Positions 63,614-64,000 of a stretch of 64,000 bases of DNA are shown one piece after another. The stretch's first letter is position 1, and each line of letters begins with the position of its first letter. The notes under the pieces are model-generated. The model searched no databases. It was given only the letters and a program-made list of their open reading frames with translations, and was not told the origin of the DNA. The DNA lies in the NCBI RefSeq assembly GCF_036321535.1, contig NC_087472.1:95854001-95918000 (forward strand), written 5' to 3'. The position numbers and the translations under genes were made by a program. This DNA is from Camelus dromedarius. Its lineage: Eukaryota.

Positions 63614-64000
63614 TGCAGTATATAATAAGCAATGTTATTTATAACTATGACTCAAAAGCATAAAATGATCTCTTGCTTGGCATTCCAAGAGAAACATACC
63701 CCCTATCAAGGTTATCATCAAGGTTATGTCTGAAGGAGGAAAGACACAAAAATGATCCAGGCCACAAGAAAGATTTTTCAACTCAGAAATCCCACTCTGT
63801 AATTAGACAGCTGCCCTAAAATGGAGGAGGCTTTGGCAATCTCAGTTCCCACCACTCGGATCCTCTCCAAAGCCCTCACGATTGTCAGCAAAGATGTCCT
63901 GCACTGCCCTGCTCGGCATCTTAGTCATAAGGCCGAGGGTGGAACAGCACAGAGAATATGCCCACACTGGGCACCTTCCCTGGCGCCCCCGTCTCGGGTG

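Larger units (their letters stand above)
41121..64000 (-). other. POLA1: POLA1 penultimate intron (partial; preceding zinc-motif exon lies beyond 64000)
   Basis: Ends at acceptor cag (41121-41123). No exon encoding the preceding ...CPACMKATLQPE peptide was found up to 64000. Confidence 0.8.

Noticed and set aside
7968..63654. Numerous AP-1 (TGASTCA) sites
   Set aside because: About ten seen versus roughly eight expected by chance in 64 kb; not enriched.
63058..63663. Longest ORF in the track (201 aa)
   Set aside because: Lies within a decayed L2a 3' fragment, has low-information P/L/S/H-rich composition and resembles no protein I know.
1..64000. Other POLA1-region landmarks (ARX, uc.463-465, uc.467, the intronic scaRNA) and a novel multi-gene system
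   Set aside because: None is recognisable in this window, and by recalled human spacing the landmarks should lie outside it. There is no evidence of additional genes, an intact transposase/RT, or viral or organellar inserts.

Overview
Mammalian genomic DNA, CpG-depleted and almost entirely intronic. It is very probably from a camelid, because it carries four tRNA-Ala-derived vic-1-type SINEs and I saw no Alu, Bov-tA/BovB, PRE-1 or Can-SINE. The only protein-coding sequence I can support is one 97-nt minus-strand exon at 41024-41120 ([32 protein letters not shown]). I recognise it as the penultimate exon of POLA1, the catalytic subunit of DNA polymerase alpha (C-terminal domain, X-linked). The rest of the window is therefore the last two very large POLA1 introns, which in mammals host the long-range enhancer landscape of the neighbouring ARX gene; ARX should lie beyond position 1. 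A repeat-free, homeobox-motif-rich block about 2 kb into the upstream intron (~42980-43400) sits where I recall ultraconserved element uc.466, and several other CNE-like blocks are visible. The remainder is old interspersed repeats (L2, MIR, HAL1, L1M, hAT/TcMar MERs, MLT1, a MER135-like hairpin), younger L1 3' ends and SINEs with target-site duplications, microsatellites and small tandem duplications. Repeat family names come from recalled consensus sequences, not a RepeatMasker run, and their boundaries are approximate. I found no convincing previously undescribed biological system. The best leads are a hairpin inside the putative ultraconserved element, cryptic POLA1-sense exons that would alter the Pol-alpha C-terminus, a CTCF-like site, and a twin-primed L1 insertion.
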